Source: an uncultured Chloroflexia bacterium
GTDB taxonomy: Bacteria > Chloroflexota > Limnocylindria > Limnocylindrales > CSP1-4
DNA length: 64,000 nucleotides
Direction of reading: 5' to 3'
NCBI GenBank assembly: GCA_963712735.1
Contig: CAVQIZ010000005.1
Location: 490,535-554,534, forward strand
In this document: one piece after another, positions 36,387-47,442 of the stretch
Position numbering within the stretch: the stretch's first letter is position 1
Layout of the letters: the number at the start of each line of letters is the position of its first letter
The notes under the pieces: model-generated
The model's database searches: none
What the model was told of the DNA's origin: nothing
Seen by the model: only the letters and a program-made list of their open reading frames with translations
Translations under genes and position numbers: made by a program

Positions 36387-37697
36387 GCGGGCCCCTGCCG
36401 CCAGGCCGTGGCGACGGCCGTGTCGGTATCGTCGAGGGCTGGGAGCTGCGCAAGGCGCACAAGCAGGACGCCAACTCCGGCGCCTTCAAGGGGCTCGCCT
36501 TCGTGCTCGTCGCCCTCATCCTGCTCGTGGTCGGTGGATGGTTCGCCGCTCGGCCTCTCATCGGCCCCGCTGCTGCCGGCCTCTTCGAGGACAACCCGGG
36601 ACTGGTGAACGTGCCGCTCGTCTCCGATGTGCTGGCAGCCGAATTCGGCGACAGGATCGACCGCCTCCGAAGGCATCGAGGGGGCCGACGTCGAGTTCGT
36701 CATCGAGCCCGACGCAGCGACACTTGACGATATCGTGGCCAGCCTCGTCGACGAGGGTCTGCTCAGCGATCCACTGGCGTTCCGCTACGCCATCGTGAAG
36801 GACCGCGTCGATGAGCTCCTGCGGCCGGGCACCTACACCTTGTCCGCGCCGATCACACCGGCCAGCATCGCTGGCCGCCTGGCGTTGGCACCGGACCCGC
36901 CGACGCCGATGACCGTGCTGGACATGCGCTTCGGGCGCCGCATCGAGCAGATCGTGGCCTACCTGCAACAGGAAGTCGAGAAGGGCGAACTGGACCTCGA
37001 CCCCAAGGAGTTCCTGCGCCTGGCACGCAATCCCACCAAGGCCATGCGCGAGGGGTACCGCTTCCTCGCCCAGGCGCCGAGCGGCAGCAGCCTGGAGGGC
37101 TTCCTGCAGGGCGGTACGTACGAGGTGCCCGTGGACATCACGGCCGAGGAGCTGGTCTTCCTGATGCTCGATGAGTGGGACAAGACCACCACCAAGTACG
37201 TGGCCCAGGCCCGCAAGCAGGGCATCTCGTTCTATGACGCGCTCATCATCGCCAGCCTCGTGGAGCGCGAGGCGAAGGTGGACAGTGACCGGCGCAAGAT
37301 CGCCGGCGTGTACTGGAACCGGCTTGACCCCACGGTCAACCGCGAGACCGGCGGCCTGTTGCAGGCCGATCCGACGGTCGTCTACGCCACCGACTCCATG
37401 GCTCTTGCGAGCACCGACGTCGCCAAGTGGGACGACTATCTGTTCTGGGACCTGCTCGGCGTGAGCGACTACACCAGCGTCGCGGTCGATCGCGAGTACG
37501 CCTCGTTCCAGACCTACCAGAACGCTGGCCTGCCTGACTGGCCTATCGTGACCCCGTCGCCGGCATCGCTGGCAGCGGCGCTCGATCCGATCACCAAGTC
37601 CAAGCTGCTCTATTTCTACGCTTGCCCCGACTCGGACACGCACAGCTTCGCCAAGAAGCTGAAGGGGCACCAGAGCAACATCGCCAAGTGCCAGTAA
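36383..37697 (+). CDS. mltG: Endolytic transglycosylase MltG; one frameshift near 36660, probably a sequencing error
   Basis: N-terminal TM in one frame (36383-36660), then LEGFLQGGTY, IIASLVEREA, IAGVYWNRL, LQADPTVVY and YNTY-like FQTYQNAGLP in the next frame. Confidence 0.88.
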
Positions 37698-37740
37698 CCA
37701 GACACACTCCACCCCAAGCCCACGGAGAAGCACACCACTC

Positions 37741-38298
37741 ATGATCTCGACCGGAGACCTGCGCAAGGGGATCGCCATCGAGCTCGATGGCGAGCTCTGG
37801 CAGATCCTCGACTTCCATCACATCAAGATGGGCCGTGGGTCCGCCCAGATCCGCATCAAGCTGCGCAACGTCAAGCGTGGCCAGACCGTCGATCGGACCT
37901 TCCAGGCCGGTGAGAAGTGGCCGCGGGCGATCCTCGACAAGCGTCCTGTGCAATTCCTCTACAGGGACGGCGATGACTTCCACTTCATGGAGGACGAGTC
38001 GTACGAGCAATTCCACCTCACGGCTGACCAGCTGGGCGAGGTGACCGACTACCTCATCGAGGGCATGACGCTGGACCGCACGACCTACGAAGGCGAGACC
38101 ATCGGCGTGGAGCTGCCCATCTCGGTGGAGCTGAAGGTGGTCGAGACCGAGCCCGGCTTCGCTGGAGACACGCAGTCGGGCGCCAAGAAGCCCGCGACCC
38201 TGGAGTCGGGCCTCGTGGTGCAGGTGCCGATCTTCGTGGACGAGGGCGACACCATCAGGGTCGACACACGGACCGGGGAGTACCAGACCCGCGTCTAG
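37741..38298 (+). CDS. efp: Elongation factor P
   Basis: DLRKG, HIKMGRG loop, LRNVKRG, VVETEPG, KPATLESG, VPIFVDEGD, VDTRTGEY. Confidence 0.97.
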   Translation: MISTGDLRKGIAIELDGELWQILDFHHIKMGRGSAQIRIKLRNVKRGQTVDRTFQAGEKWPRAILDKRPVQFLYRDGDDFHFMEDESYEQFHLTADQLGEVTDYLIEGMTLDRTTYEGETIGVELPISVELKVVETEPGFAGDTQSGAKKPATLESGLVVQVPIFVDEGDTIRVDTRTGEYQTRV

Positions 38299-38307
38299 CG
38301 GTCAGCC

Positions 38308-39687
38308 ATGGCGACGCGAGGTCTGTGGGACGAGCCGCCACTATCGGCCGAACCCGCCGCGACGTCCGGCCCGCACGAGCCCGCCGCTCCGGCCGGTCCT
38401 GCGGTCCTTTCCGTCTCCAGCGCCACGCGTCTCATCCGCGAGGCCCTGCGGCGCCATCCGCGCCTCAACCCGGTGTGGGTCGAGGGCGAGATCGGCAGCG
38501 TTTCGGTAAGCGCCGCCGGCCACTGCTACTTCACGCTCAAGGACGAACGGTCCCAGCTGCGCTGCGTCGTCTTCCGGGAGGAGCGCCTGGCCCTGCCCCT
38601 GGAGCCGCGCACTGGCCTGCGCGTGGTCGCCCAGGGTCGGGTGGATGTCTTCGAACAGCAGGGTGCCTACCAGCTCTATGTGGAGAGCTTGCAGCCCGCG
38701 GGCGTGGGCGACCTGGCGCAGCGCTACGAGGCGCTCAAGTCGCAGCTGACCGCCGAGGGGCTGTTCGACAGCACACGCAAACGCCCGCTGCCGGCCTGGC
38801 CGCGCACGATCGGGGTCGTCACCTCGGCGCGCGGTGCGGTGCTGCACGACATCCGGCGTGTCGTCGGGCGTCGCTGGCCGCTGACGCGGCTCATCCTCAG
38901 CGCCTGCCAGGTACAGGGGCCCGGCGCCGAGCGGTCGATCGTGCGCGCACTCTCGAGACTGGGACGCTGGACGGATCCCACGACCGGTCGAGCCGTCGAC
39001 CTCGTGATCGTGGCTCGCGGTGGCGGCTCGCTCGAGGACCTGTGGCCCTTCAACGAAGAGGCCGTGGTGCGAGCCATCGCCGGACACGCCCGGCCGGTGA
39101 TCGTCGGAGTCGGCCACGAGACCGACGTCACGCTCGCGGAGTTCGCTGCCGACCGCCGTGCGGCAACACCGTCGGTGGCCGCCGAGCTCGCGGTGCCCGA
39201 CGGCGCCGAGCAGCGGCGGCACCTGCATGCCCTGCACGCACGCCTGGCCGGCAGCGCCGCGAGACGGACCTCCGGCACCCGCACCGCGCTCGACGCCGAG
39301 CGACGGGCGCTCGAGACATTCCGGCCGGCAGCCTACCTCGCTGCGGAGCGCGAACGCATCGGCCTCCTGCTGGACCGAGCCACGCGTGCGCTGGAGGGAC
39401 GACTCGCCGGCCACCGGGCGATGCTGGCACGCTCGGGCGATCAGCTGCCAGCACGGCTTGCGGAGCGGACGCGGGCGGCCCGCTCCCAGCTGACGCGCAG
39501 CGCCGCCGGGCTGGAGGCCCTGAGCCCCTTCGCCACGCTCGAGCGGGGCTACGCCATCGTGCGCGAGCCCGGAGGCCGGGTGGTCATGGATGCGACCGGG
39601 CGACGAGCCGGCGACCGCCTCGAGGTCCGGCTCGCGCGGGGCGCGTTGGACGTGTCGGTCGATAGCGTGCGAGACTCCGCCACGTGA
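38308..39687 (+). CDS. xseA: Exodeoxyribonuclease VII large subunit
   Basis: WVEGEIGS, GHCYFTLKD, IGVVTS, IVARGGGSLEDLWPFNEE, GVGHETDVT, RAATPSVAAE, LERGYAI. Confidence 0.95.
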   Translation: MATRGLWDEPPLSAEPAATSGPHEPAAPAGPAVLSVSSATRLIREALRRHPRLNPVWVEGEIGSVSVSAAGHCYFTLKDERSQLRCVVFREERLALPLEPRTGLRVVAQGRVDVFEQQGAYQLYVESLQPAGVGDLAQRYEALKSQLTAEGLFDSTRKRPLPAWPRTIGVVTSARGAVLHDIRRVVGRRWPLTRLILSACQVQGPGAERSIVRALSRLGRWTDPTTGRAVDLVIVARGGGSLEDLWPFNEEAVVRAIAGHARPVIVGVGHETDVTLAEFAADRRAATPSVAAELAVPDGAEQRRHLHALHARLAGSAARRTSGTRTALDAERRALETFRPAAYLAAERERIGLLLDRATRALEGRLAGHRAMLARSGDQLPARLAERTRAARSQLTRSAAGLEALSPFATLERGYAIVREPGGRVVMDATGRRAGDRLEVRLARGALDVSVDSVRDSAT

Positions 39688-39992
39688 CCGACACACCCAC
39701 ACCTGCTGCGGACCTCGTGGCCGCCGACGATCGGGCCGCGCCCGCCGATGTCGCTGCGCTGCCGTTCGACAAGGCCCTGGACGAGCTGCGCGATGTCGTC
39801 GCGCGCCTGGAGCACGGAGGCCTGCCGCTCGAGGAGTCGATCGCGCTCTACGAACGCGGCGCCCTGCTGCACCAGCACTGCAGCGAGCTGCTCGACGCTG
39901 CCGAGCTGCGCGTGCAGCGCCTCGTCGACGACAGCGGCGGCGGCAGTCCACGCGTGGTCGACATGCGCCCGGACGATGAGGACGACCTCTAG
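39684..39992 (+). CDS. xseB: Exodeoxyribonuclease VII small subunit
   Basis: FDKALDELRDVVARLEHGGLPLEESIALYERG; GTGA overlap with xseA. Confidence 0.93.
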   Translation: MTDTPTPAADLVAADDRAAPADVAALPFDKALDELRDVVARLEHGGLPLEESIALYERGALLHQHCSELLDAAELRVQRLVDDSGGGSPRVVDMRPDDEDDL

Positions 39993-39994
39993 CC

Positions 39995-41982
39995 ATGGTG
40001 ACGCTGCGCGACCTTCGCGGTCCGGAGGACCTGACCGACATCAGCCACGCCGAAGCACGTGCCCTGTGCACCGAGATCCGGCGCGAGATCATCGACACGG
40101 TGGCCACGACCGGCGGCCACCTCGGAAGCTCCCTCGGCGTGGTCGAGCTGACCGTGGCGCTCCACCGCATCATGTCCAGCCCCACCGACCGCATCGTCTG
40201 GGATACCGGCCACCAGGCCTACGCGCACAAGCTGCTCACGGGCCGGCTGGAGCGCTTCGGGACCCTGCGCCAGCTCGGTGGGGTGGGCGGCTTCCCGCGC
40301 CGCAGCGAGAGCGAACACGACGTCATGGACGGCGGGCACGCCGGCACCGGCATCTCCATCGCGGAGGGCCTGGCACTGGCTCGCGACGCCCGCGGCAGCG
40401 ATGAGCGCATCGCGGTGGTGGTGGGGGACGCGGCCCTCATGAGCGGACTCTCCCTGGAGGCCCTCAACGACATCGGCCACCGCAAGACGCGCCTGCTGAT
40501 CCTGCTCAACGACAACGAGATGAGCATCAGCCCCTCGGTCGGCGCGGTCAGCCAGTACCTGAGCCGGATCAAGCTCTCCCGCCACTGGCGTCGCTCACGC
40601 CGCCGCTTCGACTCGGATGTGGCCCGCATCCCTCGCTTCGGCCCCTTGCTGCTCGAATGGTCGCGGCGCATCCGCCACGCCGTGGTGGACTTCAGCCAGC
40701 CCGGGCGCCTGTTCGAGGACCTCGGCGTCACCTACGTGGGGCCCGTGCCGGGACACGACCTGGTCGCCCTCGACAACACGCTGCGCAAGGCCTTCCTGGA
40801 GGAGGATGCCCCCATCATCGTCCACGTCCGCACGCGCAAGGGCTACGGCTACCACCCTGCCGAGGCAGACAAGGTCGGGCTTCCACGGTGCTGCACTGCC
40901 CCCGATGCCCGAGCTGGCCGCAGCCTACCCTGCCCGTCAACGGCGTGACCTCCAGCGAGGGCGACGCGGCGCCGCCAGTCCAGGAGCGCACCGCGCGCAA
41001 GGTCCCCAACTACACCGCCGTCATGGCCGACGAGCTCGATCCGCATCGCCGAGCAGGACCCGCGCGTCGTGGCCATCACGGCGGGCATGCCCACCGGCAC
41101 CGGCGTGGCCGCCTTCGGCGAGCGCTTCCCGCATCGCACCTACGACGTCGGCATCGCCGAGCAGCACGCGATGACCCTGGCGACCGGCATGGCTCTCGCC
41201 GGCCAGCGGCCGTTCGTGGCGCTGTACTCCACGTTCCTGCAGCGCGCCTTCGACCAGGTCGTGCACGACGTCTGCCAGAACGACGCTCCCGTCGTCATCG
41301 GCATCGATCGTGCCGGTCTGGTGGGCGAGGACGGCACCAGCCACCAGGGCATCTTCATGCTGTCGGCCCTGAGGCAGCTGCCCAATCTCGTGCTGGCTGC
41401 CCCGCGCGACGAGCAGGACTTGCGTCGTCTGCTGCACACGGCCTTCAGCCAGCAGCACCCCTTCGCCCTGCAGTATCCGCGCGACGCCGGCTTCGACCTG
41501 CCGCCGGTCGATGCGCTGCCGCTCGAGGTCGGCCGAGGCGAGATCCTGCGCGAGGGTGACGACATCGTCATCATCGGACTGGGCCCCATCATCGCGCGTG
41601 GGATGGCCGTGGCGGACCGAGCTGGCGAAGCTCGGCTGGTCGGTGGGCGTCGTCGATGCCCGCTTCGCCCGGCCGCTCGACCGCGAGCTGATCATCCGCA
41701 GCGCCCAGGGCACGCAGCTGGTCGTCACGCTCGAGGAGAGCGTGCTGCCCGGAGGCTTCGGCGCGGCCGTGCTGGAGGTGCTTGCCGATGCCACGCCGGC
41801 CACGCCCGTCCCGCCCGTCAAGCGCATCGGCTTGCCTGACGGGTCGTTCGTGGATCACGGGTCGGTCGAGTGACCTGCGGGCGCTCGTGCGCGTGGACGA
41901 AGCCGGCATCCAGGCACAGATCGAGGAAGCCATCGCTGCCCATCGACTGCAGCCTCGTGCCCGAGCCGCCGTCGAGGCCTGA
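39995..41982 (+). CDS. dxs: 1-deoxy-D-xylulose-5-phosphate synthase; about 5 frameshifts (near 40878, 40925, 41038, 41620, 41868), probably sequencing errors
   Basis: GGHLGSSLG, WDTGHQAYAHK, GDAALMSG, NDNEMSIS, DVGIAEQHA, YSTFLQRAFDQ, DRAGLVGEDG and DARFARPLD spread over successive frames. Confidence 0.9.
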
Positions 41983-42763
41983 CGGCTGGGCACACCCGAA
42001 GAGTCGCAAGCAGCGCCTCGACCAGCTCCTCGTGGAGCGTGGCCTGGTCAGCACTCGCAGCCGGGCCCAGGCGCTCCTGCTCGCAGGGCACGTCCGCGTG
42101 GGTCATGGCGATGCGGCCCGCCGCGATCGCCGGCCCGGTGAGACCGTCGCCGTCGACACCGAGATCAGCCTCGACGTGGCGCGGCAGTATGTGTCGCGGG
42201 GAGGGCAGAAGCTGGCCGGCGCGCTCGATGCCTTCGGCGTGGACCCGGCTGGCCGCGTGTGTCTCGACCTCGGTGCCTCCACCGGCGGCTTCACCGACTG
42301 CCTGCTCCAGCGCGGTGCGGCTCGCGTGTACGCCCTGGACGTGGGCCGGGGACAGCTGGCCGAGGCCCTGCGCCAGGATGAGCGCGTGATCGTGATGGAG
42401 CGCACGCACGGGGCCCGGCTCGACCCGGCGGCCGACGACGCGATCGCGTTGCCCGAGCAGGCCCGCCTCGCCGTGGCCGACGTCTCCTTCATCTCCCTGA
42501 CCCGCCTGCTGCGCGGGCTGGCCGCACACGTGGCGCCCGGGGGTGACATCCTGCCCATGGTGAAACCGCAGTTCGAGCTCAGCCCGCGCGAGGTCCCCAG
42601 GGGCATCGTGCACGACCCAGCCCTGCGCGCCCAGGCCGTCGCACGCGTGCGCGACCACGCCCGCTCGCTCGGCCTGGAGGTCGTGGCCGAGGCCGAGTCG
42701 GTGCTGGTAGGCCCGGCCGGCAACCACGAGTTCTTCCTGCACCTGCGGGTACCGACCACGTGA
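41957..42763 (+). CDS. tlyA: TlyA family rRNA 2'-O-methyltransferase (S4 domain plus methyltransferase)
   Basis: RLDQLLVERG, YVSRGGQKL, LDLGASTGGFTD, DVGRGQL, DVSFISL, KPQFE, GPAGNHEF; start codon approximate. Confidence 0.92.
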   Translation: MPEPPSRPDGWAHPKSRKQRLDQLLVERGLVSTRSRAQALLLAGHVRVGHGDAARRDRRPGETVAVDTEISLDVARQYVSRGGQKLAGALDAFGVDPAGRVCLDLGASTGGFTDCLLQRGAARVYALDVGRGQLAEALRQDERVIVMERTHGARLDPAADDAIALPEQARLAVADVSFISLTRLLRGLAAHVAPGGDILPMVKPQFELSPREVPRGIVHDPALRAQAVARVRDHARSLGLEVVAEAESVLVGPAGNHEFFLHLRVPTT

Positions 42764-43602
42764 AGCGCATCGGCTTCGCCTTCAACCCCACGGCCCCCGC
42801 GGCGGAGACGCTGCGCGATCGCGGCCTGGCATGGTGTGCCGCCAACGGCATCGAGGCCTGGGCACGCCCGTCCGACGAGCCCTCCCGCCGATCCCAGGTG
42901 CTAGCAGCCACGGAGGCCATCGTGGTGCTGGGCGGCGACGGCACCTTCCTGCGCGCGGCACAGACCGCGGCCGACGTGGGAGTGCCCATCCTCGGCGTCA
43001 ACGTGGGCAAGGTCGGCTTCCTCTCCAAGGTCGAGCACCACGCGCTGGAGAACGTGCTGGAGCAGCTGCGCGACGGCGAGTTCGAGCTGGAACCACGCCT
43101 GATGCTGGAGGTGCAGGTGGTGCACTCCGACGGCAGCACGCAGGGCTGGGTCCACAGCGCGCTCAACGAGGCCGCCGTGGTGCGCGGCGGCCATGCCCAG
43201 GTCATGCGCGTCATCGTCGATGTGGGTGACTCGCGCGTGGCGACGTACGTCTGCGACGGCGTCGTCATCGCCTCGCCCACGGGCTCCACCGGCTACAGCT
43301 TCAGCGCCGGCGGGCCCATCCTCGAGCCCACCAGCCGCAATCTCGTGGTCACGCCCATCGCCGCCTACCTCACGCCGTTGCGGTCGAGCGTCGTGGGCTC
43401 ACAGCACGTCGTCAGCGCCACCATCCAGGCGGCCTACGATTGCCTCGTCAGCATCGACGGCCGCGAGGACATCCCGCTCGACGTCGGCGACCGGGTCGAC
43501 GTGCGCGCCCGCGAGCGACCCATCAGCTTCGTTCAGCCGCGCGGGGCCACGCGCTTCTGGGACCTGCTGCGCCAGAAGGCGACGCTGCTGCCCGACGGGT
43601 GA
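42760..43602 (+). CDS. nadK: NAD kinase
   Basis: VLGGDGTFL, GVNVGKVGFL, ALNE, DGVVIASPTGSTGYSFSAGGP. Confidence 0.96.
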   Translation: MKRIGFAFNPTAPAAETLRDRGLAWCAANGIEAWARPSDEPSRRSQVLAATEAIVVLGGDGTFLRAAQTAADVGVPILGVNVGKVGFLSKVEHHALENVLEQLRDGEFELEPRLMLEVQVVHSDGSTQGWVHSALNEAAVVRGGHAQVMRVIVDVGDSRVATYVCDGVVIASPTGSTGYSFSAGGPILEPTSRNLVVTPIAAYLTPLRSSVVGSQHVVSATIQAAYDCLVSIDGREDIPLDVGDRVDVRARERPISFVQPRGATRFWDLLRQKATLLPDG

Positions 43603-43606
43603 GGCC

Positions 43607-44551
43607 ATGACCGCCAGCCGACCGGCCCGAGCGCCAGCAGCACCCCGCGACCTGGTCGCGGCCGTCTCTGCCTATGCCGACTACCTGCGCGTGGAGCGCG
43701 GCCTGGCCGCGGCCACCATCGCCGCCTATGACACTGACCTGCGCCTGTTCGGTCGTGATGCGCCAGCGATCGAACGCTGGGCCACCTCGCCCGAGCCGGC
43801 ACGTGGCTATCTCGCAGCCATGACCCGACCGCCCCGCGTGCTGCGGCCCACCAGCCTGCGTCGCAAGGCCGCCTCCATCCGCGCCTTCTATCGCTTCTGC
43901 TACGCGGAGGAGCTGATCGACGCCGATATCGCCGCACTCATCGACCTGCCGCGACAGATGCAGCGCCTGCCCGACACGCTCGATGCACGCGAGGTGGTGG
44001 AGCTGCTCGATGCGAGCGGCGGCGACGACCTCGTGGGTCGGCGCGACCGGGCACTGCTGGAGCTACTCTACGCGGCCGGGTTGCGCGTCAGCGAGGCGCT
44101 GGCGCTCGATCGCCACGACCTGTCCACCACGGGCGGCTTCGTGCGCGTCATCGGCAAGGGCGACAAGGAGCGGCTGGTGCCCGTGGGTGACATCGCGCTC
44201 GACGCGGTGGCCAGCTATCTCGCGGAGCGAGACCGGCTGAGCCCGGATCACCCTGCCGAGGGTGATCGGGGTCGCGAGCCGCTGTTCCTGTCGCGACGGG
44301 GTCGGCGCCTCGATCGCATGGCCGCCTGGCGGGTCATGCGCCAGGCCGCCGTGCGCGCCGGGCTGACCGGGCGTGTCACGCCGCACACGTTGCGGCATAG
44401 TTTCGCCACACACCTGCTCGAGGGTGGAGCCGACCTGCGCGTGGTCCAGGAATTGCTGGGCCATGCGAGCATCACCACCACTCAGCTCTATACGCACATC
44501 ACCGGCGAACGCATCCGCCAGGTCTACGCCCGGGCTCACCCGCGCGCCTGA
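43607..44551 (+). CDS. xerD: Tyrosine recombinase XerD
   Basis: RDRALLELLYAAGLRVSE, GKGDKERLVP, PHTLRHSFATHLL, LGHASITTTQLYTH; position between nadK and scpAB is typical for xerD. Confidence 0.88.
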   Translation: MTASRPARAPAAPRDLVAAVSAYADYLRVERGLAAATIAAYDTDLRLFGRDAPAIERWATSPEPARGYLAAMTRPPRVLRPTSLRRKAASIRAFYRFCYAEELIDADIAALIDLPRQMQRLPDTLDAREVVELLDASGGDDLVGRRDRALLELLYAAGLRVSEALALDRHDLSTTGGFVRVIGKGDKERLVPVGDIALDAVASYLAERDRLSPDHPAEGDRGREPLFLSRRGRRLDRMAAWRVMRQAAVRAGLTGRVTPHTLRHSFATHLLEGGADLRVVQELLGHASITTTQLYTHITGERIRQVYARAHPRA

Positions 44552-44576
44552 CGACAGAGAGAGGAGAAGGAGCGCA

Positions 44577-45362
44577 TTGGGAACCTACGCCGAATCGCTG
44601 CTGACACCAGATGAACGAGTGCTGCGACGAGAACGTCAGCACCCCATCGCCCTCATCCTCGACAGCTGGCTGACCATCATCCTGTGGACCGCCACCATCG
44701 TCCTGCTGATCGTACGGGTCATCGTGCCCGACGAGGTCGCCGGTCGTGACCTCTTCGGCTCCGGCACGTGGTTCGCGGACCTGGGCACCCTCGCTACCCT
44801 GATCACGCTCGTCGGCGGCATCATCGTGCTGGCCTGGCGCTGGTGGTGGTGGCGGACCCAGGAGTTCCTCGTGACCAACTACCGCCTCGTGCTTGCCTGG
44901 GGCGTGCTCAACAAGAACTCGTCAGACAGCTCGCTGGAGAAGATCAATGACGCGCAGCTGGAGATCAGCGTGCTGGGACGCATCCTCGACTACGGCACGC
45001 TCAAGGTCCTGACCGCGGCACCCCTGCAGGGAGCCGACCTGCTGGACCGGCTCCACCATGCCAAGGCCTTCAAGAAGACGATGATGACCGCCAAGCACGA
45101 CCTGCAGAGCAACGGGGATGGCGAGGACTATCAGCGCCAGCGCGCCCGTCCGGCTCCCGAGCCCGAGCCGGCTGTACCCGCTGCGGTTGCAGCGGCAGCA
45201 CCTGCGCGCATCGATGTCTCAGGCGGTGCCGACCCCACCAAGGCCGACACGCCGGAGGAGGTGACCGCCGTGCTGTCCGAGCTCTCACGGCTGCGCGATG
45301 CCGGCAGCATCGGCGAGGAGGAGTTCGAGGCCAAGAAGCAGGAACTCCTGGGCCGGCTGTGA
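44577..45362 (+). CDS. Membrane protein with a bacterial PH domain (bPH_2-like) and a C-terminal SHOCT domain
   Basis: Two TMs; FLVTNYRLVLAWGVL and SVLGRILDYGTL (bPH_2-like); LSELSRLRDAGSIGEEEFEAKKQELL (SHOCT); strong AGGAGAAGGAG SD before TTG. Confidence 0.8.
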   Translation: MGTYAESLLTPDERVLRRERQHPIALILDSWLTIILWTATIVLLIVRVIVPDEVAGRDLFGSGTWFADLGTLATLITLVGGIIVLAWRWWWWRTQEFLVTNYRLVLAWGVLNKNSSDSSLEKINDAQLEISVLGRILDYGTLKVLTAAPLQGADLLDRLHHAKAFKKTMMTAKHDLQSNGDGEDYQRQRARPAPEPEPAVPAAVAAAAPARIDVSGGADPTKADTPEEVTAVLSELSRLRDAGSIGEEEFEAKKQELLGRL

Positions 45363-45381
45363 GCAGCGGCCGTAGCGCCTG

Positions 45382-46062
45382 ATGGACCAGGCCACCGTCC
45401 AGCTGCTCTTCTCCGCCTTCATCGTGGTGGCCACCATGCTGCTGGTGGGCTTTCCCGTGCACGAGTTCATGCACGCCTGGACGGCCATGAAGCTGGGCGA
45501 CAACACGGCCCGCTGGATGGGCCGGGTGTCGCTCGATCCGCGCGTCCACTTCGACCAGACCGGTGGGCTCATCCTGGCCGCCACGGCCATCTTCAGCGCC
45601 TTCGGGGGTGGTCTCCTCTTCGGCTGGGCCAAGCCCACCCCGGTCAACCCGGTCAACCTTCGCAACGGCCGGCAGGGTCACGCCCTCGTCGCCCTCGCTG
45701 GTCCCGCCAGCAACCTCGTGGTGGCCGTGCTGGTGGCCCTGGTCATGCGTGCCATCCTGTGGGCCAATCCGCAGGTCTCTCCGCTGCTGGAGCTGGCCTG
45801 GACGACGCTGTCGCTCCTGCTCTCGCTCAACATCCTGCTCTTCATCTTCAACCTCATCCCCATCCCGCCACTCGACGGCTGGAGCGTGCTGAAGGGCATC
45901 GTCCCGCGTGAGGTGGCGCGCCGCATGACGGAGCTCGAGGTGCAGTACGCGGCCGTCCTGCCGATGGTGTTCCTTGGCTTCATCGTCGTCATCTTCGTGA
46001 CCGGCGGGTCCTTCATCTCGCCGCTCATCCGCGGCATCCGCGACCTGCTGCTGGGCATCTAG
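45382..46062 (+). CDS. Site-2 protease family (peptidase M50) membrane metalloprotease
   Basis: HEFMH (HExxH), GWAKPTPVNP, ALAGPASN, FNLIPIPPLDG. Confidence 0.92.
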   Translation: MDQATVQLLFSAFIVVATMLLVGFPVHEFMHAWTAMKLGDNTARWMGRVSLDPRVHFDQTGGLILAATAIFSAFGGGLLFGWAKPTPVNPVNLRNGRQGHALVALAGPASNLVVAVLVALVMRAILWANPQVSPLLELAWTTLSLLLSLNILLFIFNLIPIPPLDGWSVLKGIVPREVARRMTELEVQYAAVLPMVFLGFIVVIFVTGGSFISPLIRGIRDLLLGI

Positions 46063-46064
46063 CC

Positions 46065-46561
46065 ATGCGCTGGTGGAGCACGAAGGTGCGCCAGGCCGTG
46101 CGCCACCTCAGGGGGCGCGTCAGCCCGGCCGAACGCGACGGCCCTGGCGGACTGGCTGACCGCAGCGCAGCTGCGGACTGTTCGAGGCGATGCACCCCGC
46201 CGATCAGCGCCATGGCCTCGACGTGGCGGCGGCCCTGCGTGACGGCGGCCGCGACGACCCCGAGCTGCTGCTGGCAGCGCTGCTGCACGACTGCTCCAAG
46301 GGTCCCGGCGTGCGACTGCCGCATCGCGTGGCGTGGTCGCTGGGCGAGCGCTACGGCGAGCCCGTGCTGCATGCCTTCGCCCGCCTGCCCGGGCTTCGCG
46401 CGAGGCCTTCGCCCGCCTCCGCGCATCACGCCGACGACTCCGCCGACCTGGCCCTCGCCGCCGGCTGCAGCGAACGCACGGCCTCGCTCATCCGCTACCA
46501 GGCTGACCCACGCGACCCGGACGCCGGCGTCGCGCTGCAACTTGCCGATGAGGCATCCTGA
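46065..46561 (+). CDS. HD-domain protein (frameshifted near 46140-46190 and about 46400)
   Basis: MHPADQRHG, AALLHDCSKG and H...A.L motifs; N-terminus MRWWSTKVRQ lies in another frame. Confidence 0.7.
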
Positions 46562-46583
46562 TAGGCCAGCATGGAGACCCGCG

Positions 46584-47442
46584 ATGACTGACACGATCGC
46601 CACACCGGCCGCAGGCCCGCGAGGTGGGCATCGCCGTGCTGCCGCCGCTGCGTCGCCCGGTCCGTGGCGACACCAGCGTTCGCATCACCGACGGCGACCA
46701 TCCCGATCGTGCCGCCCATGTCAGCGTGGAGGGCTACGACGGCCCCCTCGCCCTGCTGCTGGGCCTCATCGAGCAGCGCGAGCTGGACATCCTCGAGGTG
46801 CCCCTGGGCGACCTCGCGGGCGCCTACCTGGAGGCACTGGCCTCGCTCGACGAGGAGCAGATGTCGCACATCAGCTCGTTCGTCACGGTCGCCAGCCAGC
46901 TGATCCTCATCAAGAGCCGCGCCATCCTGCCGCGTCCACCGCTGGTCGCCATCCCGGTCGAGGAGGGGCCGGACCCCGAGTCCGCGTTGCGCGAACGGCT
47001 CATCCTGTACCGCCTGTACCGCGATGCCGGCCGCGATCTGCGCGGGCGCCTCGAGAGCGCCTGGGAGGTCTTCCGCCGCGAACCCATCGCCGCCGTGGCG
47101 TCGGCCAAGGCCGGCTCGCGACCGGACGAGGGCCCGCCGCTGGACCCGGCCGTGCTGGTCGAGGCCCTGGACCGTGCCCTGCGGGCCGTGCCGCCCCCGA
47201 CGCCGCCACCGGACGTGGTGCCACGCCTGGTGACGCTCGACGAACGGGCGCGCATCATCCGCGCCGCGCTCATCGATACTCCCGTGGTCGTGCTGCAGGA
47301 CCTGCTCGAGGATCTGAGCGACAGGGTCGTGGTGGCGGTGACGTTCCTGGCCATGCTGGAGCTGGTCAAGGGCCGTGAGCTGAGCGTGGAACAGGACGAA
47401 CCCTTCGGCCCCATCGTCTGCCGCTCGATCGTCGCGTCATGA
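46584..47442 (+). CDS. scpA: Segregation and condensation protein A; probable 1-nt frameshift near 46620
   Basis: YDGPLALLLGLI, LILIKSRAILP, VVTFLAMLELVK, QDEPFGPI; GGAG SD before ATG 46584. Confidence 0.9.

Noticed and set aside
41957-42763. TlyA as a haemolysin or virulence factor
   Set aside because: The sequence has S4 and methyltransferase motifs in the standard dxs-tlyA-nadK context; the rRNA methyltransferase role is the supported one.
4533-44551. The two tyrosine recombinases as mobile-element integrases
   Set aside because: Both are ~310-340 aa Xer-type proteins in the standard chromosomal contexts (topA-xerC; nadK-xerD-scpAB) with no att sites or cargo. I also saw no dif-like site in the window.
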